Shown here: one piece after another, positions 47,513-57,272 of the stretch
How the letters are laid out: every line of letters begins with the position of its first letter
Position numbering within the stretch: position 1 is the stretch's first letter
From: a virus
Direction: 5' to 3' (one strand)
IMG/VR virus record: IMGVR_UViG_3300032220_000699
Coordinates: 64,001-128,000 of that record
DNA: 64,000 bases
Made by a program: the position numbers and the translations under genes
Notes under the pieces: generated by a model
Told to the model about the DNA's origin: nothing
Databases searched by the model: none
Seen by the model: the letters and a program-made list of their open reading frames with translations, nothing else

Positions 47513-48256
47513 TTACTTCTTCATGATAGCTGATAGCTCTTCATTAGCAATCTCACCAGCAGCCACAGAATCAATCGCTGGCTTGATCAAATGACCAACA
47601 AGCATCATGTGTTCAAGTTTCTCTTTAGAAGCTTCCTGTGACGCATACAGCCACGGGAATTCGTATTCCTTAGCACAGTCTTTACAAAGAACAATAATGC
47701 CAGTCATACGAACAAGTTGAACTTTATCTTGTTGATTTTTACGATTGATAACTTGTTTCAGTTTCCAGTCAGGATAGGTAGCATTAACCTCAATACGACG
47801 AAGAGGGACTTTGTCTTCACCTAGCTCTTTACGAACCATATCACGTACTTGTTGATTAGGACCAAATACACCGTCCTTTACGTCAAAGGCAGGAATAGGT
47901 TCAGAAGAACGAAGTTCTGCTTTGGACATATTAATTAAGTAACGTTCCATAATGATATGTTCATAAACACCATCCTTATGACAACACCAGCAATGTTTAT
48001 TGGGATCTTTAAATCCCATTGATGAAAACATCTCATCACGTGTCATCTCTGGTTGGTTCTTATTAAAGTTCCAACTAGGACGTTCAGCACGATGTTTGCT
48101 TTGTTCAAGATCAGCTTTCTTAGCTTGTTCATTAACACTATGAGCTTCTTGAACTTCAGGGTGGTGTCGACAAGCACGACCATCCTTGTAAGCGTAAGAC
48201 TGAGGTTTACTAACTTCAGCTTGACAGATCACACATTGAAAAGTTTTAGCAGCCAT
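47513..48256 (-). CDS. multi-zinc-binding hypothetical protein
   Basis: 247 aa; CVIC...CRHH, CWCC, CKDC. Confidence 0.68.
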   Translation of the reverse strand: MAAKTFQCVICQAEVSKPQSYAYKDGRACRHHPEVQEAHSVNEQAKKADLEQSKHRAERPSWNFNKNQPEMTRDEMFSSMGFKDPNKHCWCCHKDGVYEHIIMERYLINMSKAELRSSEPIPAFDVKDGVFGPNQQVRDMVRKELGEDKVPLRRIEVNATYPDWKLKQVINRKNQQDKVQLVRMTGIIVLCKDCAKEYEFPWLYASQEASKEKLEHMMLVGHLIKPAIDSVAAGEIANEELSAIMKK

Positions 48257-48270
48257 TTTATCCTCTTGTA

Positions 48271-48462
48271 TTAAGAAGTAAGAACCTTGACCGCAACTTC
48301 CAGCCAGGCGTCTTTAGAACGACGTTCAAGATACTCAAACTTCTTACAATAAGTATCTTGGATAAGATTCATTCTTTTTTGATAAACATCAAAAAGTTCT
48401 TCAGCTTTTGCTTGAATTACTTCTTGCGGAATAGTGACAGTTACTGAACCATCAGCGTTCAT
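48271..48462 (-). CDS. hypothetical protein
   Basis: 63 aa; GGAG RBS. Confidence 0.58.
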   Translation of the reverse strand: MNADGSVTVTIPQEVIQAKAEELFDVYQKRMNLIQDTYCKKFEYLERRSKDAWLEVAVKVLTS

Positions 48463-48604
48463 TTTTTATCTCCTAACAGTTAATGTCAATTAATAAATAT
48501 GTAATTAAAAAAACTTCTATCGTAGAAAAAAAAAATAACAATCCACGGCCAGTGATAGCCGTGGATTGTTTAAAAAGTCGCCGTAGCGCGACTCAAGGGG
48601 TTCG

Positions 48605-48681
48605 TGGTGGGCCCAGTCTGACTTGAACAGACGACCAATGGATTATGAGTCCACTGCTCTAACCAACTGAGCTATAGGCCC
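48605..48681 (-). tRNA. tRNA-Ile2(CAT), lysidine type
   Basis: GGGCCTATAGCTCAGTTGGTTAGAGC...CTCATAA anticodon loop...GGGCCCA-CCA; body resembles ileX-type rather than Met tRNAs. Confidence 0.85.
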
Positions 48682-48689
48682 TAAAACTT

Positions 48690-49010
48690 TACAACTAGTA
48701 GGCGAAAGGATACTTGGCAGTACACTTTCGGCTACTACTCTGAATTCTATCCAGAGCACTAGATTTAACACCGATAGTCAGATGGGCCTTATCCGACAAT
48801 GGCGCCGGTTGCTTCTCACTGCGGCTAAACGGTTTCCAAAGAAAGGATACCAACGCGGCTAGAGAAACAGCTTCAAGTCCAATTGAGTTTACCCAACACT
48901 CAAAAGTTCCTGCGTACAGTTTATGACTGGGTTGTCAAACTTGTATAGGACGCGCGCTTTACACTGTTAGTTAGCGGACGAACATTTGGCAAACAGCATG
49001 GAGCTATAAG
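48690..49010 (-). ncRNA. candidate ~320-nt structured ncRNA
   Basis: ORF-free, GC-richer than its flanks, directly behind promoter motif 49019; several helices. Confidence 0.55.
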
Positions 49011-49055
49011 CCAAATAGTATATATGTAACCAGTTATTTTCCAGTTACATAAATG

Positions 49056-49131
49056 TGGCTCCCCGACCTGGGCTCGAACCAGGGACCTACGGATTAACAG
49101 TCCGGCGCTCTACCGACTGAGCTATCGAGGA
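49056..49131 (-). tRNA. tRNA-Asn(GTT)
   Basis: TCCTCGA/TCGGGGA acceptor stem, CTGTTAA loop, CCA. Confidence 0.94.
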
Positions 49132-49174
49132 ATTACGTTACTCTTTTCAAATAATACTGGAAACTAGTAACTTT

Positions 49175-49642
49175 TTAATATGGTTTAGGAATAGGTCCAA
49201 AAACCTCAAAGATTTCTAGGGCTTGACTATTACCTTCGTAGGCCCAGTAATTCATATTGTTAACTTGTAACCATTTTCTATTAGGTTCAGTGTCATCCCG
49301 GCATTCAGCAGGGAAGAAAGGACCATTTGTTCCTTTGCTACAAACCCAATAATAATGATTAGCTATTAACTGATTATTAGAAGTGATCTTCTCGAAATGA
49401 AGATTGTTTTTCTCCGGATCTCGAGATTTCAATAAAGCTTCGATCTGGTCAACCAAAGCTATGCGTTTATTGAGTTCTTCATCATTATCCAAAATAAATG
49501 GATATTGTTTATCTTTATACCAAACTGACAACTTCACACTGTTATCAGAGTAGTACAATGCATGTGCTTTATTTTCACCAGGAGGAAGTCGTCTGTGCAA
49601 TTCTTGTAGAACTACACCAATAGAAGTTGACATTGTAGTCAT
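49175..49642 (-). CDS. hypothetical protein
   Basis: 155 aa. Confidence 0.65.
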   Translation of the reverse strand: MTTMSTSIGVVLQELHRRLPPGENKAHALYYSDNSVKLSVWYKDKQYPFILDNDEELNKRIALVDQIEALLKSRDPEKNNLHFEKITSNNQLIANHYYWVCSKGTNGPFFPAECRDDTEPNRKWLQVNNMNYWAYEGNSQALEIFEVFGPIPKPY

Positions 49643-49651
49643 TTATTTCCC

Positions 49652-50434
49652 TTACATCTTAGGAAGAACTGGTCCTGCTTCCTGATGCTGATATTTACCA
49701 TCACGATCAGCATAAGAAGTGAAACAATTCTCACCTTCAAAGAAAAGCACTTGTGCAGCGCCTTCGTTTGCGAATAGCATTGCAGGAAGAGGTGTCGTAT
49801 TGGAGAACTCCAATGTAACATAACCTTCCCATTCTGCTTCAAGTGGTGTAGCAATACACACAATACCACAACGAGCATAAGTAGACTTACCAAGAACAAC
49901 TCCAGTCACATTGCGTGGCATACGAATATATTCTTTCGATGCTGCAAGTACAAATGAGTTCGGAGGAATAATACAAACATCACCTTCAAACTCACTAAAC
50001 GAACCACGGTCAAAGTTCTTAGGATTAACAACTGTAGAATTAATATTGGTAAAGATTTTAAATTCATGACCAATACGAAGATCATAACCGAAACTTGATG
50101 TTCCATAAGAAATAATCTTATCACCTTTTTCATTTTTATTAACGCTACCAAAATGGAAAGGTTCAATCATGGGTTTCCAATTGTCCAGTTCCTTTTCAGT
50201 GATAGGACGAATAATATTGGTTTCCATTACAGGAAGTTGTGGGTGTCCTACCTTACCAATTTCTTCATTGGTAACAAGTAGTTCATGATAAACATCTTGA
50301 TGATGTTGAATTTGTTGCTGCATTGGAGTAAAGAATGGATGCACTGCGTATTCAATACTACCATCATACTTCTCAACAACATGCGTCGGCCGTTGAGATT
50401 GTGCACGTAGCCACAGATCAGACTTGATGCTCAT
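49652..50434 (-). CDS. dcd: dCTP deaminase with N-terminal insertion
   Basis: [51 protein letters not shown]. Confidence 0.92.
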   Translation of the reverse strand: MSIKSDLWLRAQSQRPTHVVEKYDGSIEYAVHPFFTPMQQQIQHHQDVYHELLVTNEEIGKVGHPQLPVMETNIIRPITEKELDNWKPMIEPFHFGSVNKNEKGDKIISYGTSSFGYDLRIGHEFKIFTNINSTVVNPKNFDRGSFSEFEGDVCIIPPNSFVLAASKEYIRMPRNVTGVVLGKSTYARCGIVCIATPLEAEWEGYVTLEFSNTTPLPAMLFANEGAAQVLFFEGENCFTSYADRDGKYQHQEAGPVLPKM

Positions 50435-50904
50435 TTCCTTTTCTTCCTTTTTGGACGACCGATATAAGAGGTCTTGTTTTGTTTCTGGAGTTTCATTAGC
50501 TCCAGCTTAAGGTCAATTCGATTCGGATGTTTTTGTACAGCTTTTTGCAACTCCTCAAGTGTCCACTGAGTATGCATTTTATTATACGCAGACTCGGTGA
50601 ACACTTGGGTTATTTTCTTCATACCGTTCCAGATAACTTTACAAGCTTTAGCAAAATCTTCTTGCTCTTTAGTTACACCTGGACGTTCTTGTCTTATTTT
50701 TTCATGAAGTTCTGGAAATGCAAACCGAAGTCTATCTTTTTCATAATCTTCACGAGGAATAATAAATGGCATAGGAGGACGATGACAAGCCTCTTTATAA
50801 AGTCTCTCCATTTCTTCCGGAGATCTATTAAGTAGAGAATGACCATAATTGATATTCTCTATAATTTCTTCATGAGATAATTCTTTCCAACCAGGAAGTA
50901 TCAT
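50431..50904 (-). CDS. hypothetical protein with basic C-terminal module
   Basis: 157 aa; ends [23 protein letters not shown]...RPKRKKRK. Confidence 0.65.
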   Translation of the reverse strand: MILPGWKELSHEEIIENINYGHSLLNRSPEEMERLYKEACHRPPMPFIIPREDYEKDRLRFAFPELHEKIRQERPGVTKEQEDFAKACKVIWNGMKKITQVFTESAYNKMHTQWTLEELQKAVQKHPNRIDLKLELMKLQKQNKTSYIGRPKRKKRK

Positions 50905-51179
50905 TTCTTTTTCTTCCTTTTACCGATCTTCGGTTTGACTCGACTTTGAAGTTTCATTAACTCCATTTTCAAATCGGTACGTTGTGGATGTTTAGCAACA
51001 AGTTTTTGCAGTTCAGCTAAACGATCAAGATCCACATGACTATTGCCACGAACATCAACACTATTAAAATTAGTTTGATGATGATATGGATAAATTACAT
51101 TAATAGATGTCCCGGCAGTAATACAACCAGTGATTGTTAAAGTCCCACTGGTTGCGTTATAGTCAGAAAATAACCCCAT
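50901..51179 (-). CDS. hypothetical protein with the same basic C-terminal module
   Basis: 92 aa; ends ELQKLVAKHPQRTDLKMELMKLQ...GKRKKKK. Confidence 0.65.
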   Translation of the reverse strand: MGLFSDYNATSGTLTITGCITAGTSINVIYPYHHQTNFNSVDVRGNSHVDLDRLAELQKLVAKHPQRTDLKMELMKLQSRVKPKIGKRKKKK

Positions 51180-51188
51180 AACTTTCTC

Positions 51189-51434
51189 CTAAACAGGAAT
51201 TTGCATTGGTCGATAATGCGAGTTATAATTGCGACGCTGGATTGATAAATTAATACCGATACGTTTTGATTCTTGTTCACATTTAATCTGGAACCAAGTC
51301 TTACGTTTGGTGACACGGTTTTCATAACGAAGACGCCTAAGAGTACCACGAACGCCAGCGGGACGATGTCGAACAAAACGCTTAGTCCAGAAAATCGAAA
51401 TATAAGGACTGATATACTTAAAACAATTAGCCAT
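51189..51434 (-). CDS. small basic protein
   Basis: 81 aa; promoter motif at 51464. Confidence 0.6.
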   Translation of the reverse strand: MANCFKYISPYISIFWTKRFVRHRPAGVRGTLRRLRYENRVTKRKTWFQIKCEQESKRIGINLSIQRRNYNSHYRPMQIPV

Positions 51435-51481
51435 TTATTATCTCCTATCATATAGACAGTTATTATATATGTAGGTAAAAA

Positions 51482-51889
51482 TTATCCTATTGTTAAAGAT
51501 TGCAAATGTTCAGAATAAGGTTCAATATACTGTCTATCATCATGATCAACATGTTCTAAAAGAATTTTATGCAGTCTCTGAATTAATAAATATTTATTAC
51601 TACCTTTATCTTTTAAACTAGTAATAATTTTATTAAACTCACATTTAAGTCTGGTGTGAGAATCAAAGTGAGCTACTATATATTTGAAATTAATTTGTCT
51701 CATTAATTCTTCTTCATATTCTAAATGATAAATAAAAATTTTATTTAACTCTTCTATTTTTTCAAACAACGTTTCTATTGCTGAAGTTTTATTTCTTAAT
51801 ATTTCATTTGATATCATGAGAATAGATAGATGTTGTTTATCTATTTCTTCTATGTTTGTTTTGTAGTGTACAAATGCTTCAGGGGACAT
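51482..51889 (-). CDS. hemerythrin-like protein
   Basis: IDKQH...HLEYEE.LM...HFDSH...HVDHDD iron-ligand pattern. Confidence 0.82.
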   Translation of the reverse strand: MSPEAFVHYKTNIEEIDKQHLSILMISNEILRNKTSAIETLFEKIEELNKIFIYHLEYEEELMRQINFKYIVAHFDSHTRLKCEFNKIITSLKDKGSNKYLLIQRLHKILLEHVDHDDRQYIEPYSEHLQSLTIG

Positions 51890-51916
51890 CGCTAAATCTT
51901 TCTTTAAACTAATTAA

Positions 51917-52483
51917 TTATGAGAAACGACCACCAGAATCACCACCACCAGGTTTACGTTTAATTAGATTACGTATGCCTTGGTAATCTGGTTTCTCAAC
52001 AACCTTGCGCTCTTCTTCAGCTCTAACCAATGGGTTAACCAAACCAATGTTAACCTTCTTACTAATAAACAGATTATCAATAACTTCACGAGGTTTAGCT
52101 TTCTCGTAAATATGTTTAGATAGTTTTTCAAGAGCCGTTATAAGCTCTTTATTATTCTGAGCATCCATTTGTCCATGAATACTCACACGAATATATTCTT
52201 TCCATTCTGCAAGATATAATTCAATATGCTTATGCATAGTAATCATATCTTCACGATTAGGAATTTGTACTTCTATACCTCGATCATAATAATCAAGAAT
52301 TTTGCTAATAGGAATTTTAACCATTGTAAGATTATTTTCAAGCATCTTATCAACGTTTTTATTCTGAGTAATATAAGTTCCAAAACGTCTAATGTGTTCT
52401 GGATCTAATGTAGTTTGTTCTGGAATATAAACTGTGTAAAGATTATCCCATATCTTCGGCGCGTGCATTGACGGGAACGTCAT
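51917..52483 (-). CDS. conserved phiKZ-like protein (probable virion)
   Basis: 188 aa; IRRFGTYIT segment; family recollection only. Confidence 0.55.
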   Translation of the reverse strand: MTFPSMHAPKIWDNLYTVYIPEQTTLDPEHIRRFGTYITQNKNVDKMLENNLTMVKIPISKILDYYDRGIEVQIPNREDMITMHKHIELYLAEWKEYIRVSIHGQMDAQNNKELITALEKLSKHIYEKAKPREVIDNLFISKKVNIGLVNPLVRAEEERKVVEKPDYQGIRNLIKRKPGGGDSGGRFS

Positions 52484-52563
52484 GATGTACTCCTAGCATT
52501 AATCAATTTATTTTGTTAAATATAAAAAAAGAAAAGAGACTACCATATGGTAGTCTCTTATTT

Positions 52564-53613
52564 TTAATACCGAACTGTTTTAATTTTCATGATGATGGTG
52601 TCACCATTTCTTAAAACAAAAGTAAAAATATCACCGCTGACAGATACAGCCTCATTTATATTTGTAGGTTCAATATACTCAGGCATACTGAATTTATCTG
52701 TAGAAATAAAGTTAAAGTTTATATAATTATCACGAACATCAGGTCGAATAGTTTTAGGATCTACTTTTGTACCATCAGCCTTTGTATACGAGATAACCTG
52801 AACTTCTTCTTGTTTAGGGTCACGACAGAGGCTAACATTTAATATTTCCAAATGTTCAGCCAATTTACCGCCATAGAGTTTCCACTCATTGATTAAGCAA
52901 CTAACAATATCAAAACTCAAGACCTTTAACTTTGTACAAAGTGCAAGAAGTTCTTTAGTAACTTTTTCAGGAACTTTCATATCGTCACAATACTCCTGAA
53001 TAACATCATCACTAAGGCGAGCATACTTGAAGTGGTAGTGAACACGACCAGGTCGATTTAATAAATATTCAGAAATAAGCCCAACATCATTTTCTGTAAA
53101 TAGATGTAGACGCTTAGAATTACCAAGTCCATCTAGTAGACTTAATAAACCAGATTGTGTAGGAACACCACCGCCACTATCATAAGTCTTATAGTTTTTA
53201 CCGAACTCGTCAAAAACCAAAACACAGTTTCCAACGTTTTCGATAAAATTAAATATTTCTGCACCTGGATAAGGTTTATTAATTTGGATAACAGGGGTAC
53301 CTGTGTCAATCATTGCATTTGCAATGAACTTAGTGAAAAGAGATTTACCAGAACCTTTAAGACCTGTTGACAGAATTCCTGTATTACCTTGCTTACGAAG
53401 ATGTGTTTTAATAACACGTTCTGCCGCCGCAGCATAATTCCCATATGTTTTAGCAGGTAATGAATATTTATCAGCAACTTCTAAAAGGTAAAAACCATTA
53501 TCTCTATCAAATTCCAGAGAGTAAAGTTTAGAATTAAGACTTTCAGTCTTTAGTCCATCGGGCAACTTTTCAACAAAAGTCTTTTGCCCAGAAATAATGA
53601 ATTGTACCGACAT
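52564..53613 (-). CDS. AAA+ ATPase
   Basis: Walker A GLKGSGKS, Walker B LVFDEFGK, NRPGR arginine finger. Confidence 0.88.
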   Translation of the reverse strand: MSVQFIISGQKTFVEKLPDGLKTESLNSKLYSLEFDRDNGFYLLEVADKYSLPAKTYGNYAAAAERVIKTHLRKQGNTGILSTGLKGSGKSLFTKFIANAMIDTGTPVIQINKPYPGAEIFNFIENVGNCVLVFDEFGKNYKTYDSGGGVPTQSGLLSLLDGLGNSKRLHLFTENDVGLISEYLLNRPGRVHYHFKYARLSDDVIQEYCDDMKVPEKVTKELLALCTKLKVLSFDIVSCLINEWKLYGGKLAEHLEILNVSLCRDPKQEEVQVISYTKADGTKVDPKTIRPDVRDNYINFNFISTDKFSMPEYIEPTNINEAVSVSGDIFTFVLRNGDTIIMKIKTVRY

Positions 53614-53741
53614 GTTTCGTCCTCAATAAGTTTCAACCGATGTGACAAATATTTTTTATTCAATCAAAGCCAATTATTATATGTATAGTTATAACTGATT
53701 CAAAAACAAATAAGACTGGAGGGTAACCTCCAGTCTTATCA

Positions 53742-54236
53742 TTACCAATTTTCTAAACTCTTTTTATCTTTGATCATCTCTTCTAATTTATCAAGAGCTT
53801 GTAATTTATCAGGTATATATTCTTTATCTGACGCAGAGTTAATTTTTTCACGTGCATTTTTCATAGTTTCCCATGAATAAGGCACAGCGTCTCCTTCTGA
53901 ATCATGTTTAGAATCATCTTTACGTACATATTCAGCAGTAACCCAGATATCTGTACTACCTTTATAAAGTTTAGCTCTTTCAGGTTTATCAAACTCAAAT
54001 TCATGAGTAATCTCTAATCCAATAGGTTTTACATTTTTAATAAGAATACCAACTTCTTCTAAACATTCTTTAATAGCCGTATTGATAAGATCATCGCCAT
54101 TATCAAATCCACCGCCAGGAAAAATATATGAAGAAAATTTACCTTTAATATATTTCTTACAAAGAAGAATAGAGTTACCATTTGTGATAATAACTCTAAC
54201 ACATTTTCGAAGTGTTCTTGTATCTTGTTCCGACAT
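53742..54236 (-). CDS. Nudix hydrolase
   Basis: FPGGGFDNGDDLINTAIKECLEEVG Nudix box; start refined to MSEQ. Confidence 0.85.
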   Translation of the reverse strand: MSEQDTRTLRKCVRVIITNGNSILLCKKYIKGKFSSYIFPGGGFDNGDDLINTAIKECLEEVGILIKNVKPIGLEITHEFEFDKPERAKLYKGSTDIWVTAEYVRKDDSKHDSEGDAVPYSWETMKNAREKINSASDKEYIPDKLQALDKLEEMIKDKKSLENW

Positions 54237-54247
54237 ATTAACCTCAG

Positions 54248-55621
54248 TTAAGAATTTACTTTTATTAAGAACCAAAGGACAGGAAGCAAATAAAGCTGAT
54301 GAAGTAAACTAAACTCCATATACTTTTCAATAGCAATAACTAGATCTTCTTTAGCAATAGCTTGTTTAGTCACATGCTTAAAGATTAAAAGTTCAATATA
54401 ACTCAGATTAGCAAAGGTGGAATTATCTGTTATATAGTTATAAAAGTTTTCAGATACTACATAGTAGTCATCTAAGAATAATTCATGTAAAAGATGCTGA
54501 TTAAAAACAGCATTATTATTGACAGCCTGGATAGGAATAACAGGAACAAAATAGTTCTTAGTCGACTTAACTGACTCAATAAAGGAATTCAGTTCAGCGT
54601 CAGGAGCAATTTCATCTATATTTACAGACGTATTAGGTTCCACAGGAAAATTAATGTAGTCAGCACCTGTGTGAAATACAGTCCCAAGCCTAGCTCTATT
54701 CGGAAGCATATGACTTGGTATAAAATTATAACGTTTATTAATACCGCTGATAGTATTAATATTTCTGGTAAATAATAAGTCAAATATGGATTTTTGGTTA
54801 ATGTACTTATTATCACCGTAATTGTGCCTAAAGAATGGAACATCTGCTAACTCACGATAGTCAATGATCTTAGAGAGAAAACCTAATAACAAAGGATCAT
54901 AGACTTTGTAAGGTAATCCAGGAATAAGAATAGTACCAGCTTCTTTTTGCGCAAACGTGGAGAAGTAGTAATCCTTAGATTCCTGTGTTAAAACTCTAAG
55001 ACGATCAATAGCTTCTTTAACAGACGGCTTTATAAGCACATCACGATTAAAGTAGTTTGTATCTTTGTTAAAGAAATAAGAATCCTGGATACGTGCTTTA
55101 AGACTAGCAATGAAATCAGGTTCTTCTGATGTATAGTAAAGAAGATTATAATTAATTTCGTAAATAGAATCTTTACGGAATGTTTTACGAACAACACTGT
55201 TAACCATGAAGACAGCATCTTCACCAGAGTCAACAGGTGCAATGAAGATATCACCTACATTAGGTGTTAAACTATAAGGACTTAGCGCTGATCCAGTAAC
55301 AGTAGTGATACCTGTAGCGGCATCATAACTACTAGATAACGGAGAAGAAACTTGAATAACCATACCGTTAACTTCATAGTAAGGTTGATTCAGGTTAGGA
55401 ACACTCGGATCAAAGTTCTCAAGTGTATTATTCTTATTTAGAATTTGTCCATAGAAGTTAACAGTCCAAGGATAACCTTCAACATACTTCAATAAAGATG
55501 TAATTTTAGATTCAGGTACCAAGGTTGTAAATATAGATTTAGATGGTTCTTGAATTGCCTGTGGCAGTGTTTGTTCTGCCGCAACCGGTGGTTGGTCAGG
55601 TTGTAATCTAACTAAGCCCAT
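54248..55621 (-). CDS. phiKZ-like virion structural protein
   Basis: From MGLVRL; LLKYVEGYPWTVNFY and PNVGDIFIA segments typical of the family (recollection). Confidence 0.6.
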   Translation of the reverse strand: MGLVRLQPDQPPVAAEQTLPQAIQEPSKSIFTTLVPESKITSLLKYVEGYPWTVNFYGQILNKNNTLENFDPSVPNLNQPYYEVNGMVIQVSSPLSSSYDAATGITTVTGSALSPYSLTPNVGDIFIAPVDSGEDAVFMVNSVVRKTFRKDSIYEINYNLLYYTSEEPDFIASLKARIQDSYFFNKDTNYFNRDVLIKPSVKEAIDRLRVLTQESKDYYFSTFAQKEAGTILIPGLPYKVYDPLLLGFLSKIIDYRELADVPFFRHNYGDNKYINQKSIFDLLFTRNINTISGINKRYNFIPSHMLPNRARLGTVFHTGADYINFPVEPNTSVNIDEIAPDAELNSFIESVKSTKNYFVPVIPIQAVNNNAVFNQHLLHELFLDDYYVVSENFYNYITDNSTFANLSYIELLIFKHVTKQAIAKEDLVIAIEKYMEFSLLHQLYLLPVLWFLIKVNS

Positions 55622-55702
55622 GATTGTTCCTTTATATAGAGTCAAATCATTTTTAAACAAAAAAAAAAACACCTACCCCCTGTTTGGGATAGGTGCTCTT
55701 TA

Positions 55703-56224
55703 TCAGTTCACAGTCTTACTGACAGGAACAGTTGCGCTGCTATCCATCATATCAGCTTGAAGTGTGTGAGCAAGATTATCAATGAACTGATCAAACCCAC
55801 CAGCATCTTGAATCATTTCATCAACTTTCTCATGGTTAATTGTGATAATACCTGGTTCATTAGGAATAGTAAAACCATCCCACCAGTGACCACAATAATC
55901 CATAGCAGCTTGCAACACTTCTCGAATATCCTTAATTCTGATCTGACCATTCTTATGTTCGATCAAACCAGATATTTCAGGATGAGCCATTTGATTATAA
56001 ACCCTAGCGTGTTGCAAAGGCTTAATCCAACGGAACAATTCATGCTGACCAAAATTGATCGATGTTTTTTCTTCTTTCTCCATCATGGTGACCATGAGTA
56101 TATCATCAACGATACTTTGCCGAAGTTCCTCATCCGACATATTGTTGATGCTGAAGATATTATTATGAACAACGCTAAACATCAAAACGTCATTCATTGT
56201 TTCTTCAATACTTCTTTTAAACAT
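55703..56224 (-). CDS. hypothetical protein
   Basis: 173 aa. Confidence 0.65.
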   Translation of the reverse strand: MFKRSIEETMNDVLMFSVVHNNIFSINNMSDEELRQSIVDDILMVTMMEKEEKTSINFGQHELFRWIKPLQHARVYNQMAHPEISGLIEHKNGQIRIKDIREVLQAAMDYCGHWWDGFTIPNEPGIITINHEKVDEMIQDAGGFDQFIDNLAHTLQADMMDSSATVPVSKTVN

Positions 56225-56232
56225 GTCAGCTC

Positions 56233-56838
56233 CTAGCAGACGTATTTAACTTTCTGAGATTGATGAATTTCTTCCAACCGTTTACAGTGCGGTGTGTTGA
56301 CAGTATAGAAAGAATCTTTCTTGACCCGTTGCATGAAGGCTTCTACAGAAAAAGCAATATCATCCGGAGAAAAGTACTGACCGTTAGCCATCATGTAATG
56401 ATGACTATTTTCTTCATCATCGGAATCACCGCTGTAAGTACCCTTGAAGTATTCACCGAAAGTCAGTTCGATATATTCCACCCAAACAGTTTCATTGTTC
56501 AGATGGAACAAACCCCAGCTATGAGACAGAACAACAATGTCTTCATTTTCCAGTTTTACCTGGATACTGTTACTGGTTTTCAGAATGTTCAGGATATCAG
56601 TCATAGATTTCATCAAGAAATCATTCTTATTTATTTCGAAATTCTTGAACGGCACCCATTCTTTTTTCTGTTGATCACGATAATGGGTGTTGGAAATACC
56701 ATTATCATACCAATCAACAGCATTAACAGAACCACCGCCATAACCGGCAGCTGCGAAAGCTTTGTCGATGGTTTCGCCATAGATATGAGACTTCGAACCA
56801 TCCAGCCAGTAGACGGTAAACCATTGATTCCTATCCAT
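56233..56838 (-). CDS. hypothetical protein
   Basis: 201 aa; GGAG RBS. Confidence 0.7.
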   Translation of the reverse strand: MDRNQWFTVYWLDGSKSHIYGETIDKAFAAAGYGGGSVNAVDWYDNGISNTHYRDQQKKEWVPFKNFEINKNDFLMKSMTDILNILKTSNSIQVKLENEDIVVLSHSWGLFHLNNETVWVEYIELTFGEYFKGTYSGDSDDEENSHHYMMANGQYFSPDDIAFSVEAFMQRVKKDSFYTVNTPHCKRLEEIHQSQKVKYVC

Positions 56839-56897
56839 TTGTTTCTCCTAATAACTTAATAATTTAAAAAAACAAGAGACCCGAAGGTCTCTTATTC

Positions 56898-57134
56898 TTA
56901 GAAGTGGATAACCACTTGTTCTTCTTCAACAACCGGTTCCCATTTGAAAGGGAGATCTGCTGACGTCAAACCGTCGAGCGGAGTATGGATGGTCAGGTAA
57001 ATTTTACCTGTACCTTCTTTACCGTTGTTAAACACAGAAAACGGTTCCATCTCTTTGCCAGCAAAAACAGCATCGATGATGGTGTCAGATTTTTCACGAA
57101 CAGACAATTGTTTTTGCCCTTGAATCAGTTCCAT
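56898..57134 (-). CDS. hypothetical protein
   Basis: From MELIQ; promoter motif at 57210. Confidence 0.6.
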   Translation of the reverse strand: MELIQGQKQLSVREKSDTIIDAVFAGKEMEPFSVFNNGKEGTGKIYLTIHTPLDGLTSADLPFKWEPVVEEEQVVIHF

Positions 57135-57272
57135 TTTTTTAACTCCTTTGTCCTTTTGGTGGAATAGTTTAAAGTAAGGACATAAACTTTGAACTATATA
57201 GTCAGATTTTATATATGTAACCAAACATTTTTCAAACACAGCTAGCAGGGATTTCTCCCTGCTAGTTTTTTA

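Noticed and set aside
48605-48681. tRNA-Met(CAT)
   Set aside because: No initiator features (no C1 mismatch, no GGG/CCC anticodon stem); the body resembles ileX-type Ile2. Elongator Met cannot be totally excluded.
50171-50395. Intein in dcd
   Set aside because: Too short and lacks Cys/Ser-start and His-Asn-end splice motifs.
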